Below are positions 1-13,143 of a stretch of DNA of 64,000 nucleotides, one piece after another. The position numbers and the translations under genes were made by a program. Every line of letters starts with the position of its first letter. The first letter of the stretch is position 1. This stretch comes from Hormiphora californensis (Eukaryota; Animalia; Ctenophora). The DNA lies in contig CM035360.1 of NCBI GenBank assembly GCA_020137815.1, positions 1,922,001 to 1,986,000 of the forward strand, given 5' to 3'. A model generated the notes under the pieces. That model made no database searches, had not been told where the DNA came from, and saw nothing but the letters and a program-made list of their open reading frames with translations.

Positions 1-309
1 AACGGTTTCACAAACGACTGGAGCTGTTTTTTTCTGTCACTTGTGTCTCTTCTCTTCACTAGTAAATTTGCCCTTTCGTACAGTTTTTTTAACTTCCTGT
101 GAGTACAAGAATTATTGCATTATTCATTCAATCTGCTAATTTCTACACCCTGAATGATATTTTAGCACACTTGCTAAAGAGACCATCCGGGTGACCTGAG
201 TTTTATGAGATTGTGACGTGGTTGGCCGACACGACACACTTTGTTTATTTATATTTTAGGGGCCAGTGGGGGGACGGACATTGTTAGTTTAATATCACAA
301 GACTAACTT

Positions 310-508
310 ACAAACTGATTCTTTTGGCATCGTCTTCCTCGAAGAATAACGAGGCCAACTCCTTCCCTGCTTCTCTATACACTGCTTGAACACCAATCGT
401 TTTCGATCCTTGGTTCATTCGGAACTTTAACCATCCCAGCACAAGTTTCTCTGATGGCAATTCTACTGTAAAACGTTCAACGGGCGGGAAAAACTTCTCG
501 AATCCCAT
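310..508 (-). CDS. Possible coding exon of an unidentified gene continuing leftward
   Basis: Non-repetitive ORF MGFEKFFPPVERFTVELPSEKLVLGWLKFR... running into a consensus donor (TTT|GTAAGT) near 316; no family recognised. Confidence 0.3.
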
Positions 509-527
509 GGCTAATGGTGAGCGACGT

Positions 528-611
<84 letters not shown>

Positions 612-792
612 GGATCCGTTCGGCCATCTTGTAGCCAGGACGTCACTTTAGTAGCGGGCCCTTGAGTATAGTTTCCGGAAATTGGTTTCCAGGAACGAGG
701 AAAGAAGAAACTTAAATGCAAGAAATTAATGAAGGAACTTATATGAGATTTAATGAATAGCACCAGTTCACCAGTGCTATTGTCTCTCATAT

Positions 793-890
<98 letters not shown>

Positions 891-1843
891 GAAGGGGGTG
901 ATAAAGAGGAAAAGAGAAAGTGTAAGAGGGCTGGTGGTAGGGGTAGTAGTCGAGGGGAAAGATGGGGTAATCACTATAGTCGATTGAAAAAAACACAGTT
1001 CTTGAAATGTAGAATATTTAAAAGCACGAATGCATGGTAGACTACCTACAGCATTGGATTTGACATGATTTAGCTAATTAATTTCTGAGAAACCTCGAGT
1101 TTTCAATCAAATTAACATTTTGAATACATGAAAAAGGAAGAGCTCTACGAAACGAACGATTAATGGGGTAATCACTATAGTCGATTGATAAAAACACAGT
1201 TCTTGAAATGTAGAAGATTTAAAAGCAGTCCCCTGGATTTGACATAATTTAGCTAAATCATTTAGCTAAGTTTTCAATTAAACAGACCATGGCATCACAT
1301 AATAAAAACTTCACCCACGTTTGAATAGAGCCCTACGAAACAATTCTTTACCGGGACAGATAATAGAGCTGGTGGTAGAGGCTGTAGTAACATAGGGGAA
1401 AGATGGGAGAAAACATTCAAGATCTCTTGGCCTTGCTCCGTAGGTTCATCCGTGGTTCAATATTGTTAATTATCCTTAATATTCTTTTACCATTCTCTTT
1501 CTCAAACTTAACCTTCTGTGAACAAAATATAGACGATCACTGCGCTGGCAAGCGCAAAGGTTACCCCCCCCCCCCAAAACGCTGCCAGAAACGTTTTATG
1601 GGTGTTTGGCTGAAAAGCCGGATTTCAGAAGTCTATAGCGTGGCTCTCTTTCATCCATTTGACTTGAAATTTGGAATGCATACCCGGCTCGGGGTCTTTG
1701 ACTTATATTACAAATCTCAAGTCTCTATCTCATCTGGGTCCGGAGTTACAGACTGGACCCATATTTGCTATAGATTCAGTGTAACGGACAGCGTGGCCAA
1801 ATACCTTAGTCGGTGGTTCTCTCGAGGACAGGGGTGAAGCGTC

Positions 1844-2416
1844 TCCAGTGGCATCTGTCATGGAGGGCAGCAGGGGTGATGTGTGATCTGTCATGGAGGG
1901 CAGCAGGGGTGATGTGTGATCTGGTCCACCATCTTCTGAAGTGAATGAGCGGGGATATTATGAGAGGGAGAAGGATAGCGAGAGAGAGAGAGAGAGAGAG
2001 AGATTTTAAGGGTTGAACCCCCCCCCCCCTTGAATGGTATGACATAAAAATTGAATGGTAGACTGCAATATATACCTTTTCCAGTGGCATCTGTCATGGA
2101 GGGCAGCAGGGGTGATGTGTGATCTGTCATGGAGGGCAGCAGGGGTGATGTGTGATCTGGTCCACCATCTTCTGAAGTGAATGAGCGGGGATATTATGAG
2201 AGGGAGAAGGATAGCGAGAGAGAGAGAGAGAGAGAGAGAGATTTTAAGGGTTGAACCCCCCCCCCCCCCTTGAATGGTATGACATAAAAATTGAATGGTA
2301 GACTGCAATATATACCTTTTCCAGTGGCATCTGTCATGGAGGGCAGCAGGGGTGAAGTGTGATCTGGTCCACCATCTTCTGAAGTGAATGAGCGGGGATA
2401 TTATGAGAGGGAGAAG

Positions 2417-2447
<31 letters not shown>

Positions 2448-2817
2448 ATTTTAAGGGTTGAACCCCCCCCCCTTGAATGGTATGACATAAAAATGGAATG
2501 GTAGACTGCAATATATACCTTTTCCAGTGGCTTCTGTCATGGAGGGCAGCAGGGGTGATGTGTGATCTGGTCCACCATCTTCTGAAGTGAATGAGCGGGG
2601 ATATTATGAGAGGGAGAAGGATAGCGAGAGAGAGAGAGAGAGATTTTAAGGGTTGAACCCCCCCCCCCCCTTGAATGGTATGACATAAAAATTGAATGGT
2701 AGACTGCAATATATACCTTTTCCAGTGGCATCTATCATGGAGGGCAGCAGGGGTGATGTGTGATCTGGTCCACCATCTTCTGAAGTGAATGAGCGGGGAT
2801 ATTATGAGAGGGAGAAG

Positions 2818-2865
<48 letters not shown>

Positions 2866-2990
2866 AAGGGTTGAACCCCCCCCCCCTTGAATGGTATGAC
2901 ATAAAAATTGAATGGTAGACTGCAATATATACCTTTTCCAGTGGCATCTGTCATGGAGGGCAGCAGGGGTGAAGTGTGATCTGGTCCACC
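1844..2990. repeat. Tandem array of ~200-240-bp units (5 full + 1 partial), each resembling an exon+intron on the minus strand
   Basis: Unit starts TCCAGTGGC at ~1844, 2080, 2320, 2523, 2721, 2937. On the minus strand the full units read TTCAG|AAGATGGTGG...GGAAAAG|GTATAT followed by an intron-like part with (CT)n. Confidence 0.9.
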
Positions 2991-3165
2991 AGGCAGGGGG
3001 AGGGCAGGGGGAGGGCAGGGCTTCCTGGTTTTGGCCTTTTTACTTTTGTAAACCCTTTTAGCTTTCTCTCCCTAAATAAAGGAAAGAAGTCTTACTATAT
3101 GGTTACGGAACGTCCTAATGGAAACGACATATTAGTTAAACAACCGCTTCATTTCTAATTATTAA

Positions 3166-3477
3166 TTAAACTTCTCTTGCCTTGAGCACAAATTCATGAT
3201 CGCCCTTGTTCATCGCCGCCCTGTACCATCTCGCCAAATTGATACTTGGCATTTCCCCACCACCCCTCTTGCACAAGCGTTCAATCTTGTATATAGAGGG
3301 GATGGTGGGGCAGCCCATCTGGCGCATGACCGCCAGAATTGTCCCAGGGGTGTCGTCAAAAGAAAGAAACCTGACCCGGTCTTTAAACCGGGAGAAGGAA
3401 CTTATACGCAGCTCTGGCGAGCTGCGTAAAAGTTCCTCCTCCTTCGCCAATGATTCTTCCCAGTTTGAGGTTGACAT
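3166..3477 (-). CDS. Hypothetical protein or exon (103 aa), possibly spliced into the 1.8-3.0 kb repeat exons
   Basis: Non-repetitive ORF MSTSNWEESLAKEEELL..., AG acceptor 3 nt before the ATG, CpG-rich region upstream at ~3950-4100; no family recognised. Confidence 0.4.
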   Translation of the reverse strand: MSTSNWEESLAKEEELLRSSPELRISSFSRFKDRVRFLSFDDTPGTILAVMRQMGCPTIPSIYKIERLCKRGGGEMPSINLARWYRAAMNKGDHEFVLKAREV

Positions 3478-3745
3478 GATCTGATTGACTTGACACTAAA
3501 GCAGTGAGGATGTTATGGGTGTTTTATTGTGCAGCAAAAATCCAATATATTCTTGAAAACATCGTAAAACACGCTGTGTAAATACTCAACTTTTTTGGAT
3601 CCCTATCCAGACGCGGTGAACTACGATTTTCTTCACTATTCAATCAAACAAAATGATGGTGGTCAGATATATATCTGGTGTATTCTACTCCAAGGGCCTG
3701 TAGCGTAAGGCAAGTAATAACGCTTTTAATAAAAATTCGTCATAA

Positions 3746-3869
3746 GGGGCCTTGGAAATGTTCAAGTCATGCACATTCAAGTCACAACAGCTCTAGTGAT
3801 CTGCGCGTTCTGAGCTGTGATTGGTGGGCGTCGCTTGAATGTGCATGACTTGAACATTCCCGAGGCCCC
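3746..3869. mobile_element. MITE with ~36-bp terminal inverted repeats
   Basis: GGGGCCTTGGAAATGTTCAAGTCATGCACATTCAAG ... CTTGAATGTGCATGACTTGAACATTCCCGAGGCCCC, flanked on both sides by TCATAA. Confidence 0.8.
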
Positions 3870-4425
3870 TCATAAAAAAGTTCGTTCAGAAAAGTTTAAA
3901 AATGAAAAAGATACAAAATTCGAGCTTCGAAAAGTTTGGATTTCAGAAAATAATTATTTTTTGCGCGCGCGCAGTAAACGCGCAAATATCGCGCCGCGCG
4001 ATGTTTGAAATCTGTCGCAAGTGCGCGTAACTACTCGTAACCTCTCGCAAATTATCGCATATCATCGAGATTTTCCGCGGCGACCGCGCTAATTCCAGGA
4101 AGCAGTACGAGTGATTTCCGAACCATCAGGACCAAGAAGAAGGTCTAGTCTAACGTTCTAGGGGGGCTCTTTTTTTAATTTCTCATTTATTTTTTCACAA
4201 CAAGACCCCTAACGACGGCACCATACCCCATTTTGAATCTTGGTGCTAGCCAGACAGGCTTGGTACCATTGCCACCCGGGTACCACAACCATTGCCGCCT
4301 ATTTCCGCTTTTGAGCTCGATCTCAGTCATCGCACGACCAACATATTGATTGAAATGCTAATGCTATTAAATTATTAGTATTAGGTCACCCATAGACATT
4401 TGAAATCCGCATAACTATTTCCAAC

Positions 4426-4489
4426 CTGTTTAGCGCCGCAGACCCCGTCTGAGCGCACTGTGAAATCGGGCTCTGGCGCCGTCAGACAG
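4426..4489. mobile_element. Short MITE, CTGTCTGGCG-TIR family (degenerate copy)
   Basis: CTGTTTAGCGCCGC...GGCGCCGTCAGACAG, similar to copies at 5236, 5675 and 23553. Confidence 0.6.
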
Positions 4490-4946
4490 CATTCACATAA
4501 CCATTTCCAACGGGAGAAGAATCATGGGCAAGGTTTCATTGAAGAATAAATTTTCGACTACAAATAAGATCCATAAATAAGGTAATTTAGATTGTGTACC
4601 GCGTGACAAAATATAATTTCTTGTCGCGATATATCATATTCATAAGCCCCTGAAGAGATTCAACCCGATATAGTCTCTCTCTCTCTCACACACCTAAAGT
4701 TATCCTTCTATTTTCTCTAAATATATCGACTAACCACTTCCAACTTCCGCACACTCTCTTGAGAAATAAATATGGAATTAAATAATCAAGTTAGTAAAAA
4801 CAAAATTTACATAAAATTCTCGCTCTCTCTCTTTGAATGTCTGTATAAGTCTTTGGAGAATTTTTCGTCGTCATATTATCATCACATTTCTACAAGTTCC
4901 TTTCTCAATTAAGATGTTGAACACCGTCACAAGATATTACCACCGT

Positions 4947-6259
4947 TCAGCTTGTTCGAAGACCAGTATTCTCCGCAGTCACAGCATTGCCTGCTTGGTC
5001 CAAGAGCTGGTTGATCCCATCAGTGATTTTGGAGAAGGGAGAGCTCAGGGTGAGGGCAGTACTCTGAAGGGGGTGGAGAGCTGTTAGTTAGTTGTCGTCC
5101 TATAAAGATATCTTGGTTACGAAGTCACCCCTATTGATACGGAGGGGTAATTTCATTACCAAAAAGATATCTGATATATTGATCTAAGGAAAGCTAACTA
5201 ACTGTCATACTAAGAATCCTAAACATGAACTATCACTGTCTGGCGCCGCGATCCATCTGAGCGCACTGTCGTGCACCCCAATTTGAGAATCAAATGGGGT
5301 ATGGCGCCGCCATACAGAACTATCACATGTTTAAAACTCCCCCTACCAACCAATCTCTGGCAACATTCTCACCTCTGCGGATTTAGTAGCATTGGGTGAC
5401 TGTTGTTTTCTTTGCAGTGACGCAATCAGTTCATGCAGTTGCTCAGTAGCACTGGCAACAAGTGGAGTCTCAGATTTTGGGCTTCTCATTTTCTGATCCT
5501 TGGTCGTCATGGTAATGACGTCACCCTTGGTTGTCATGGTGGTGGTAATGACGTCACCCATTTCCATCGGCTCACTCTTTGGAATAGTCGCAGGAGGGGT
5601 CGTCCTGAGAGGGGATGTATTGTGTTAAGAACATGCATAATTGGGGTTCAAGGTGATCAGTGACAATGTGACATCTGTCTGGCGGCGCGATCTGAGCGTT
5701 CTGTCGAGAATCAAAACGGGGTCTGGCGGGGCCAGACAGAATGATATTGAGTAATGTATGAAGTTTTAGTACGTGATAGTGTCTGTCAGTTTTTCTGTTA
5801 GTTTCTGTGCGCTCTCAAGTTGTTTTGCCAACTTCTTCTGTTCTCGATCCTGTTTCTGTTTTCGAAGGGCCTGTTCAATTTTGCTAACGCCCACCATACT
5901 TCTATAGAGAATGGTTGTCAAAATGTTTTAATTTTCTGATTGAGTTTTTCAACATAGTTTAACATTGTTTAACATTGATTGAATTGTCGGTTACTTTGTG
6001 TAGGTTTGTGTAAATTTGTCAACGTTTTCAACTGCTCATACCACACTTAGAGGGTCTAAGGCAAGCCTAACTCCAAGTTATACTTACATCAAGTTACTGG
6101 GGCTGGGGTTGGATGATGTCGTTGTCGAGGCTGGAGGATGGGGGAGGGTCTTTGGAGAGGTTCTAGAGGCTGGAGAGTGGGCGGGTGAGCTGGTTAGAGA
6201 GATGTTCCCAGGGATGATATCTCCATCAGTGGAGCGGGTTCAGGTTGTTTATCAGCTTC
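4947..6259 (-). CDS. Four exons encoding a Ser/Pro/Thr-rich and coiled-coil tail, probably the C-terminus of the zinc-finger gene
   Basis: Phase-compatible exons ~6259-6088 (..SSPAHSPASRTSPK..), ~5903-5773 (SMVGVSKIEQALRKQKQDREQKKL), ~5605-5373 (PKSEPMEM..KSAE), 5063-4947 (STALTLSS..RTS*). The first exon needs a frame correction or an internal acceptor. Confidence 0.5.
5236..5317. mobile_element. Short MITE, CTGTCTGGCG-TIR family, 8-bp TSD
   Basis: CTGTCTGGCGCCGC...GGCGCCGCCATACAG flanked by AACTATCA on both sides. Confidence 0.85.
5675..5739. mobile_element. Short MITE, CTGTCTGGCG-TIR family
   Basis: CTGTCTGGCGGCGC...GGCGGGGCCAGACAG; TSD degenerate. Confidence 0.7.
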
Positions 6260-6668
6260 CTGGAGGGGAGGAGGGTTAGTTTCTCTTGGACTTGAGGGGA
6301 GAGTTGTTTAGTTGATCAGGTAAGGGTTGGGGGAGGAATTATTTTGGTCAGAGAAGGAATTGTTTAGTTATTAGAAAGTGGCTTGTTTTATATTCAGGTG
6401 CCGTGAGAAAGACAAGAAGGCCGGAAAAAAGCGGAGTCAGGGTGTTAAAATGAGAGCAGCATTGGGATGAAGGAAGTGGGTACTTGGGGTGAATTAAAGT
6501 TACCACTCTCCCCCCTTTTAATAGTAGGAAGACGGTGAATGAGAAAACATAATTTGAAACACTCTCTGAGAGCGGGGATAATTGGTGGAAAAATTAGTTA
6601 TCGGGTTTGTTTGACGTGTCTCGTTGAGTGGCGGCTACTGAGCACTGCGATCGTCTGCTTTTTACCAA

Positions 6669-6754
<86 letters not shown>

Positions 6755-7363
6755 CCGGTTTTACTCAAAGGGAATTTATTGTATAATTAGAAAGACAACG
6801 CAAAAATACTAAACCCAGTATATAATGCGCCAAGGTGAATGGTGGACACTTGTAAATTGTGGTTTATCCTCCACAACAAATATTTAATTCGAATTTTTCA
6901 CAGCATGAATAATTGACAATTTTCCTTGGGGGCACCCTTTGAGGTTGGTTAGGTGTGGCTCTCAAGTATCTGTCACTGGGATGGAGGAAAAGAAATTAAC
7001 CCGGTTAAAAATATATTTATTCAGTAGCTGCTGGGATTCAGTAGTAGTTGTCTAAAGTCTGATTCTCAGGGGGGGGGGATAATAGTAGAGTAATCCAGAA
7101 TAAATCCATCCATTTCTAAACGTCCCGGCCCAGCTGTATCACTGTTATAATATCCGTGGCTTTTTCCTGATTTCACTGATCTGATTGTCACCGATTCTCT
7201 AAATTATCACGGCCCCCATTTTGTTTTCATGGGCCTGCTATAGCTTAGTAAAATCACGGTTCCACGCAATTTCATTTGGACAAAGGGATGCAGATGCTAA
7301 AAATTATAACTGATTTTTGAGCCGTCTTTAAAGAACTCTTTTTCTCTTAAACACACCTGTGCA

Positions 7364-7414
<51 letters not shown>

Positions 7415-7593
7415 TCTTTACAAAGTACAACAATGAGTACAGTAATCCTATTGTGAGAAAAGATAGGTGTGACAAAAAGATTTTGCTGCGAAAAGAGTAA
7501 GGTAGTGTGAAGCGAAGTTTAAAAGGACCTTGTGTTTTGAGAATTAAATTCTTGCTGCGGTGTCGCATTTGACAGTTGGGTGAGAAGAAAATC

Positions 7594-7667
<74 letters not shown>

Positions 7668-7818
7668 AGAGAGATAGAGAGAGGGGGGAGAGAGATAGAG
7701 AGAGCTGAGAGATAGACGGTGCGGAGGATTTTAAAACACGAAATAAAATCGGGGGATGGCTAGTGAGAGCTAGAAAAGATAGAAAGATAGAAAGATAGGA
7801 AGATAGAGCTATCCTCAC

Positions 7819-8233
7819 CTTGTGTTTTCGGGCGATGTGTAATTTCAGTTGGTTCTTCTGAACAAACTCGCTAGGGCAGTACTGACATTTGGCTGGTTTC
7901 TCACCAGTGTGCTGGAAACTGAGGGGAGGAGGAGATGGTTAGAAAATAGAAAAATTCCCTGCCCCCAGAATTTCTAAAAATATTATTTAGTTTATAGTCT
8001 CTGTACCTAAGGAGCACACAACTGCATGTGGTCTAAATCATCTTGCATGTGGTATATGCGAACAATGTCCGAAATTGTTGGAACGTTTTGTGAGTGGACC
8101 CTTTTGTTTAACATCTATACCTCCCTCAAGAAACAATACAAGTTTAGTGGGTCATGGTGGTTCATTATTTTGCCCCGTGCAGTCATTTTCATTCTCTATC
8201 TTTCTCTCAGTTTTCTCTCAGTTTTCTCTCTCA

Positions 8234-8318
<85 letters not shown>

Positions 8319-10099
8319 CATTGTCCGCTTCACGTGGTTTGATTAAAAGTGAAGTGATCTCTGCCACACAAAAACATAATTTCAATGACTTTTAAAAAGT
8401 GATCGCGTCTTGCCTATCCCTCACCATCTATCTCTCTCTATCTCTCTATCTTTCTTTATTAATTGCAAGGCTGCGCGTGTGAAAACAATTCAATTGAAAC
8501 CAGCACAGGGGTTGAATTGAACTCTCATTTTTTTAAAGCACAGTGTAGAGCCCTATCCAAACAAAAAAGGAAAAATAATTCACTCAAACCAGCCCTCTCA
8601 AACACCTCAATCACAACCCTAGTTGATGTACGACTGGACGAGATGAACGTTTCCACCAAACTAATTCGCAATCAATTCAATATTACACTACTATAATATA
8701 TTATATTAATATATTAGAGTGTCCAGGAAATAATGTCGTCTTACAATTTTTTGTAGAAATACATGAGTTAGCGACTTTAAACTAGTTCTATCTTGTTCAG
8801 TAGACAATTTCCAATCGAGGAAACACATTTAGAATTTCATACTAATATTTTCATTGCCCATATTTGGGTCATCTGTCACCGGAAGTCGATGTGCCGCTGA
8901 ACGGGAGTTTTGCAAATTTTAAAACGTCGCTGGAAGGTACCCCTTTGAGTTTCCACATCCCTAAATGGCGCCAATCGATAGCCCATCGTCCAAAGATATA
9001 GTAACCATGCGATTTTAGTCTCGACGCGTTGTATAAAAACGTCAAACTTAGTAAATCTACCACAAAAAAGTGGAAAAAACGTAAAAATTTACCTCGATTT
9101 TGGACCCAAAAATCGGGACTTTCAAAAAACCGCATTTTTTCACCTCAAAACCTTACCAAAGCCAAAAGTTGACTTTACTACGGTTAAAAGCTTAGTTGGG
9201 ACTATTAATTACCATCAAAAAATTTATCATTCGCCAATCCAATCACACCTGAAGTATCCCGGAAGTGAAAATTTCCGATTTTGACCAAAATTTTTCAGAG
9301 CTCCATAGCTCCGAGACAAATTGGACCTGTGACTTCATTCACCACTCAAACGATAGATATTTGTCTAATAAACAAGCTTGATGTCATTAAAAATCTTACA
9401 GATGCTTAATTAAATAACTATAGCAGTTTTTTTTAACATGCAAGGAAATCTCGTTCAGCGGCAAATTTTTTTGCAATTTTTCCGGGTTCACCAAGGGACG
9501 TCAAATATCAAATTTTTCAAAACAGACACTTGTTTTATACAGACAAAGGTTAGATCTAGGCGCTAGAAAAAGTTGTATACCGAAATTGTTAAGTTAAGTT
9601 GGAGAAATCGGCCCGCGACATTATTTCTTGGACAGCCTAATATTAATATTTACCTGTGATAACGTAGAGCAGAAGAGCTAGCGAAACCTCGTCCACAGAC
9701 GGAACAACTATACGGCTTGACTGGGCTGTGGATGGAGAAGTGATTCCGGAGATAGTACTTATCAGCAAAGGTCTTTCCACAAATGTTACAAGCAAAGGGC
9801 TTATCTTTCACGTGGGTCTTCCTGTGGTTGGATAATTGTTTTAGTAACCATGGCAACCATTGTTTTAGTAACCATGGCAACCATTGTTAGGAGCCACTTC
9901 TTGGCCGCAAAGTTATTAGTGGATATATTACCTGTGGTTCTTCAGTAGATAGACACTGTTGAAGCTCTTGTTGCAGCTACCACACTCGTACTCTTTCTTT
10001 GGGTGAAGGGCGAGATGGGCGTTGAAGGCTTCCTCGTTGCTGAAGGTGGTCTTGCACTCAGGACAGGTCTTTAGGTTGTGCACATTGATTATGTGGTTG
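7819..10099 (-). CDS. C2H2 zinc-finger protein (three internal exons, at least 5 fingers); 5' part not resolved
   Basis: Exons 10099-9932 (CPECKTTF..HLALH; YECGSCNKSF..LKNHR), 9821-9654 (KTHVKDKPFACNICGKTF..; KPYSCSVCGRGF), 7918-7819 (HTGEKPAKCQYC..HIARKH), with GT-AG boundaries and compatible phases. Confidence 0.9.
8714..9640. mobile_element. ~925-bp non-autonomous DNA transposon, TA-flanked, in a zinc-finger gene intron
   Basis: TIRs TTAGAGTGTCCAGGAAATAATGTC / GACATTATTTCTTGGACAGCCTAA; internal similarity (GTCTCGACGCGTTG) to the inverted element at 26221-27142. Confidence 0.8.
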
Positions 10100-10369
10100 C
10101 TGAGGGGAGAGGTATGGGGTTAGTGATCATGTGATTGCTGAGGGGAGGGTTATGGGGTTAGTGATGTTGTAGTAATTGAGTGAGGGGTCCGGGGTAGTTA
10201 GTTGAACGCTGTAGGGTTAGTTTTGTAATTCTGGGGACTGTGTGGTTAATATTCAAAGGATGGTATTTAGCCAACTTGATGGACCTTCTAACTCACCACA
10301 AACACCCATAACCATGTCTGATTAGGGTCCGTGGTAACGGGTTATGGGGAAATGAGATTTGAGGCGTTA

Positions 10370-11535
10370 CGGTCTTTTTTTGGGGGGGGGGGGGGGGGGG
10401 GGGGTTAACCCCTTAGGGGCCGGATTGTAAAAATTGGGGTTTTATTTTAAAATTTGAAATTCCCTAAAGGGTCTAGGTTCCTCTAACTTTGGTTAACGAG
10501 ATTATTTAGGGGGGCTTTAGTAGAGCCCCTATAAAAGGGTTTTTTGGGTCCTTGGGAGGTTTGTTCAATCAAAAACAAAAGGGGGAGAAAAAGGGGGAAA
10601 AAGGTTAAAAGAAAGAGAGAGAAGAGGGAGGAGGAGTAAGGGGAAGAAGGGGGAGAAAAGGGGGCCCCCTTCCCCCCCCTTTTTTCCCCCTTTTTGTTTT
10701 TTTTTCTTTTCCCCTTTTTTTTTTTGTAGCGACGTCCCCTAATCCCCAGTTTCTTTGACAGTGCCCTAGGGGGTAACGACCCGTCGGGGCTTTTGGTTTT
10801 TGGTTAGTAGCGATTTTTCTGTGCTTTTTTTCTCCTTTCTTTTCTTTATTTTTCCCCCCTTCTCTCTCTCTCCTCCCTCTCTCCTCCCCCCTTTTTCCCT
10901 CTCTCTTCTCCTCCTCTTCTCTCCTCTTCATCTTTTTTAAAATTGATTGTGCAAGTAGGAAAAGATGGGATGATGGTGCAAATTGTCACCAACGGTCTTT
11001 CCCCCCCCGGACTTATTTATATAAAAAGTGGAGAGATTCGATGGTTGTGGAGAGAGATTGTTGAGAAAAGTGGAGAGAGATGGTTGTGGACATGATCAAA
11101 ACGCAGTGCTATGCAGTACCAGGAGGCGCATTGTCTCTAACCCAGGCCCAGCCCTAAATCTTGCCTTTTTATTGTCTCTTCTTTCAAGAAAGCACGTGCC
11201 CCACCCCTCTTTTTTCCCCTTTCCCTTTTTTCTTTTTCCTTCTTCTCTCCCATTCAATAGTACACAAACTAATTTTATTGAGTGGTAGCTAAAAAGCAAA
11301 ATGTCCTCTTTTGCTCTTTTGTCCCATCTTCTTCTCTTTAGTCCCCATCTTGGCTGTCTCCAGCCGAGAGAGGGAGATAGAAAGAGAGATAGAAAGAGAG
11401 AGAGGATAATTTCTACTCATCCTTAAACGATCCATTTTGCAGGGGCCACTATCCCACGTGATAGGTAATTGGGGCAAAAACGAGGTGAGTTGCTCTCTCT
11501 GTTTCTCTCAGTTTCTCTCTTCATCCTCCTCTCTC

Positions 11536-11570
<35 letters not shown>

Positions 11571-12400
11571 ATCCTTCTCTCTGCGTGGGATGACTAGAAA
11601 CTAGTACGTCGATACGATGATGATTAGTCGTTTGAAGAGCGAGGAAGGGGGAGTAGGTAGTAGCTTTACTTTAGAGAGTCGTTTAAGCTAAGATTTTCGC
11701 TAATAACCACCCGCTTGGCAATTATTGGTTGCTGATGACGAAGCGAGAGAGAGAGAGAGAGAGAGAGAGTTTTTTTTTTTTTTTTTTAAAAGCGAAAAAC
11801 CCCCAAAATTAAAAAGTTATGAGATCAGATAGTTTGAAACAAATCTCGGGGCAAAAATGATGGCCCCCGTGAATATATAGTCGCTTACTAAAAACAAGGC
11901 CAAATTTTCTATTCTAAAGGGGCCAAACAATTCGGAAGGCCAACGGGAGCCTGTGGGGGTATGACGAATAGGAAAAACAAAGATATTAGTAATACTACTC
12001 AGATATATATCACGTGTTGTTGGCTCCATTGAACCATAAAGGAGGGTTTATATTGAATGCTAATACATATATAATGCTAATATATAACAGCTATTTTGGC
12101 CTTATATATTTTTTGTACCATCATCAGCCCCCCCACCATATATCCCTCCCTGTTGACTATATCACATCATGTGCATTATTCTTCAGGGGTGCTGGTGCTT
12201 TTTTGCCCCCCCCCCCCCCCACTTTTATACCCTTATAAAAGAGGGAAAAAAGGGCCGGAAATAGGAGGGAAAAGATAAAGCTTTTAAAAAAAGGGAGAGT
12301 CATAGTCTGGGGGTTTATGAAGAAGAACGCGCCCACCCGGGACCCCAGACTATATCACTCCGCGGAGCAAGAGCTCTTGATCTCGTGCAACAAGTTTAGA
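10370..12400. other. Probable low-accuracy consensus segment
   Basis: Inflated homopolymer runs and degraded (CT)n tracts, unlike the flanking sequence. Confidence 0.65.
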
Positions 12401-12538
12401 TATATTGGAACAATAAATGACAAAGAACTGAGGTGATCAAAGTCAAGTAGCCCGTTCGGAGGGGAACAAAACCACGGTTATCATGTGAGGTGCTGCACCA
12501 CGTGAGTAGCCACACAAACCCACGTGTCCATTTCCACA

Positions 12539-12583
<45 letters not shown>

Positions 12584-12623
12584 TCTTTTTCTCTCCTCTC
12601 TCTCTTCTTCTCTTTTTTTCTCT

Positions 12624-12663
<40 letters not shown>

Positions 12664-13086
12664 GTTTCCTCTCCCTCCCCGTTTAGCGGTTTCACTACTG
12701 CTGCAAGCTCTAGCTATTATTTGAGTACCAATTGTGTTTGGAGAAACAGTGATAATGGCGAGAGCAATCAAAACGATAACTTTGGGGTTGGGAGGGAGAG
12801 GGATAGGAAAGATGAGGGGGAAAAAGAGGGAAGGAAGTAAACAAGGGGTTTTTAAAAATCAAACCAAACTAATAAAACAAGAACTCTTGGGTAAATGAAA
12901 AAGAGATTAAAAAGGGGGGAGGTATTGAAAAACGCTATATGTGGTGCAGTCAGGGTTTCAAAGAAATCACAAAACCAGGACACAAATCGTGCTAAACAAG
13001 GGCTTTCGTTTTTAATGCATCTGTTCCTTTTTCGGGGAGGGGAAGAGAGAAAAGAGAGAGGTGGGCAAAAGGGAAGAGAAGAAGGG

Positions 13087-13143
<57 letters not shown>

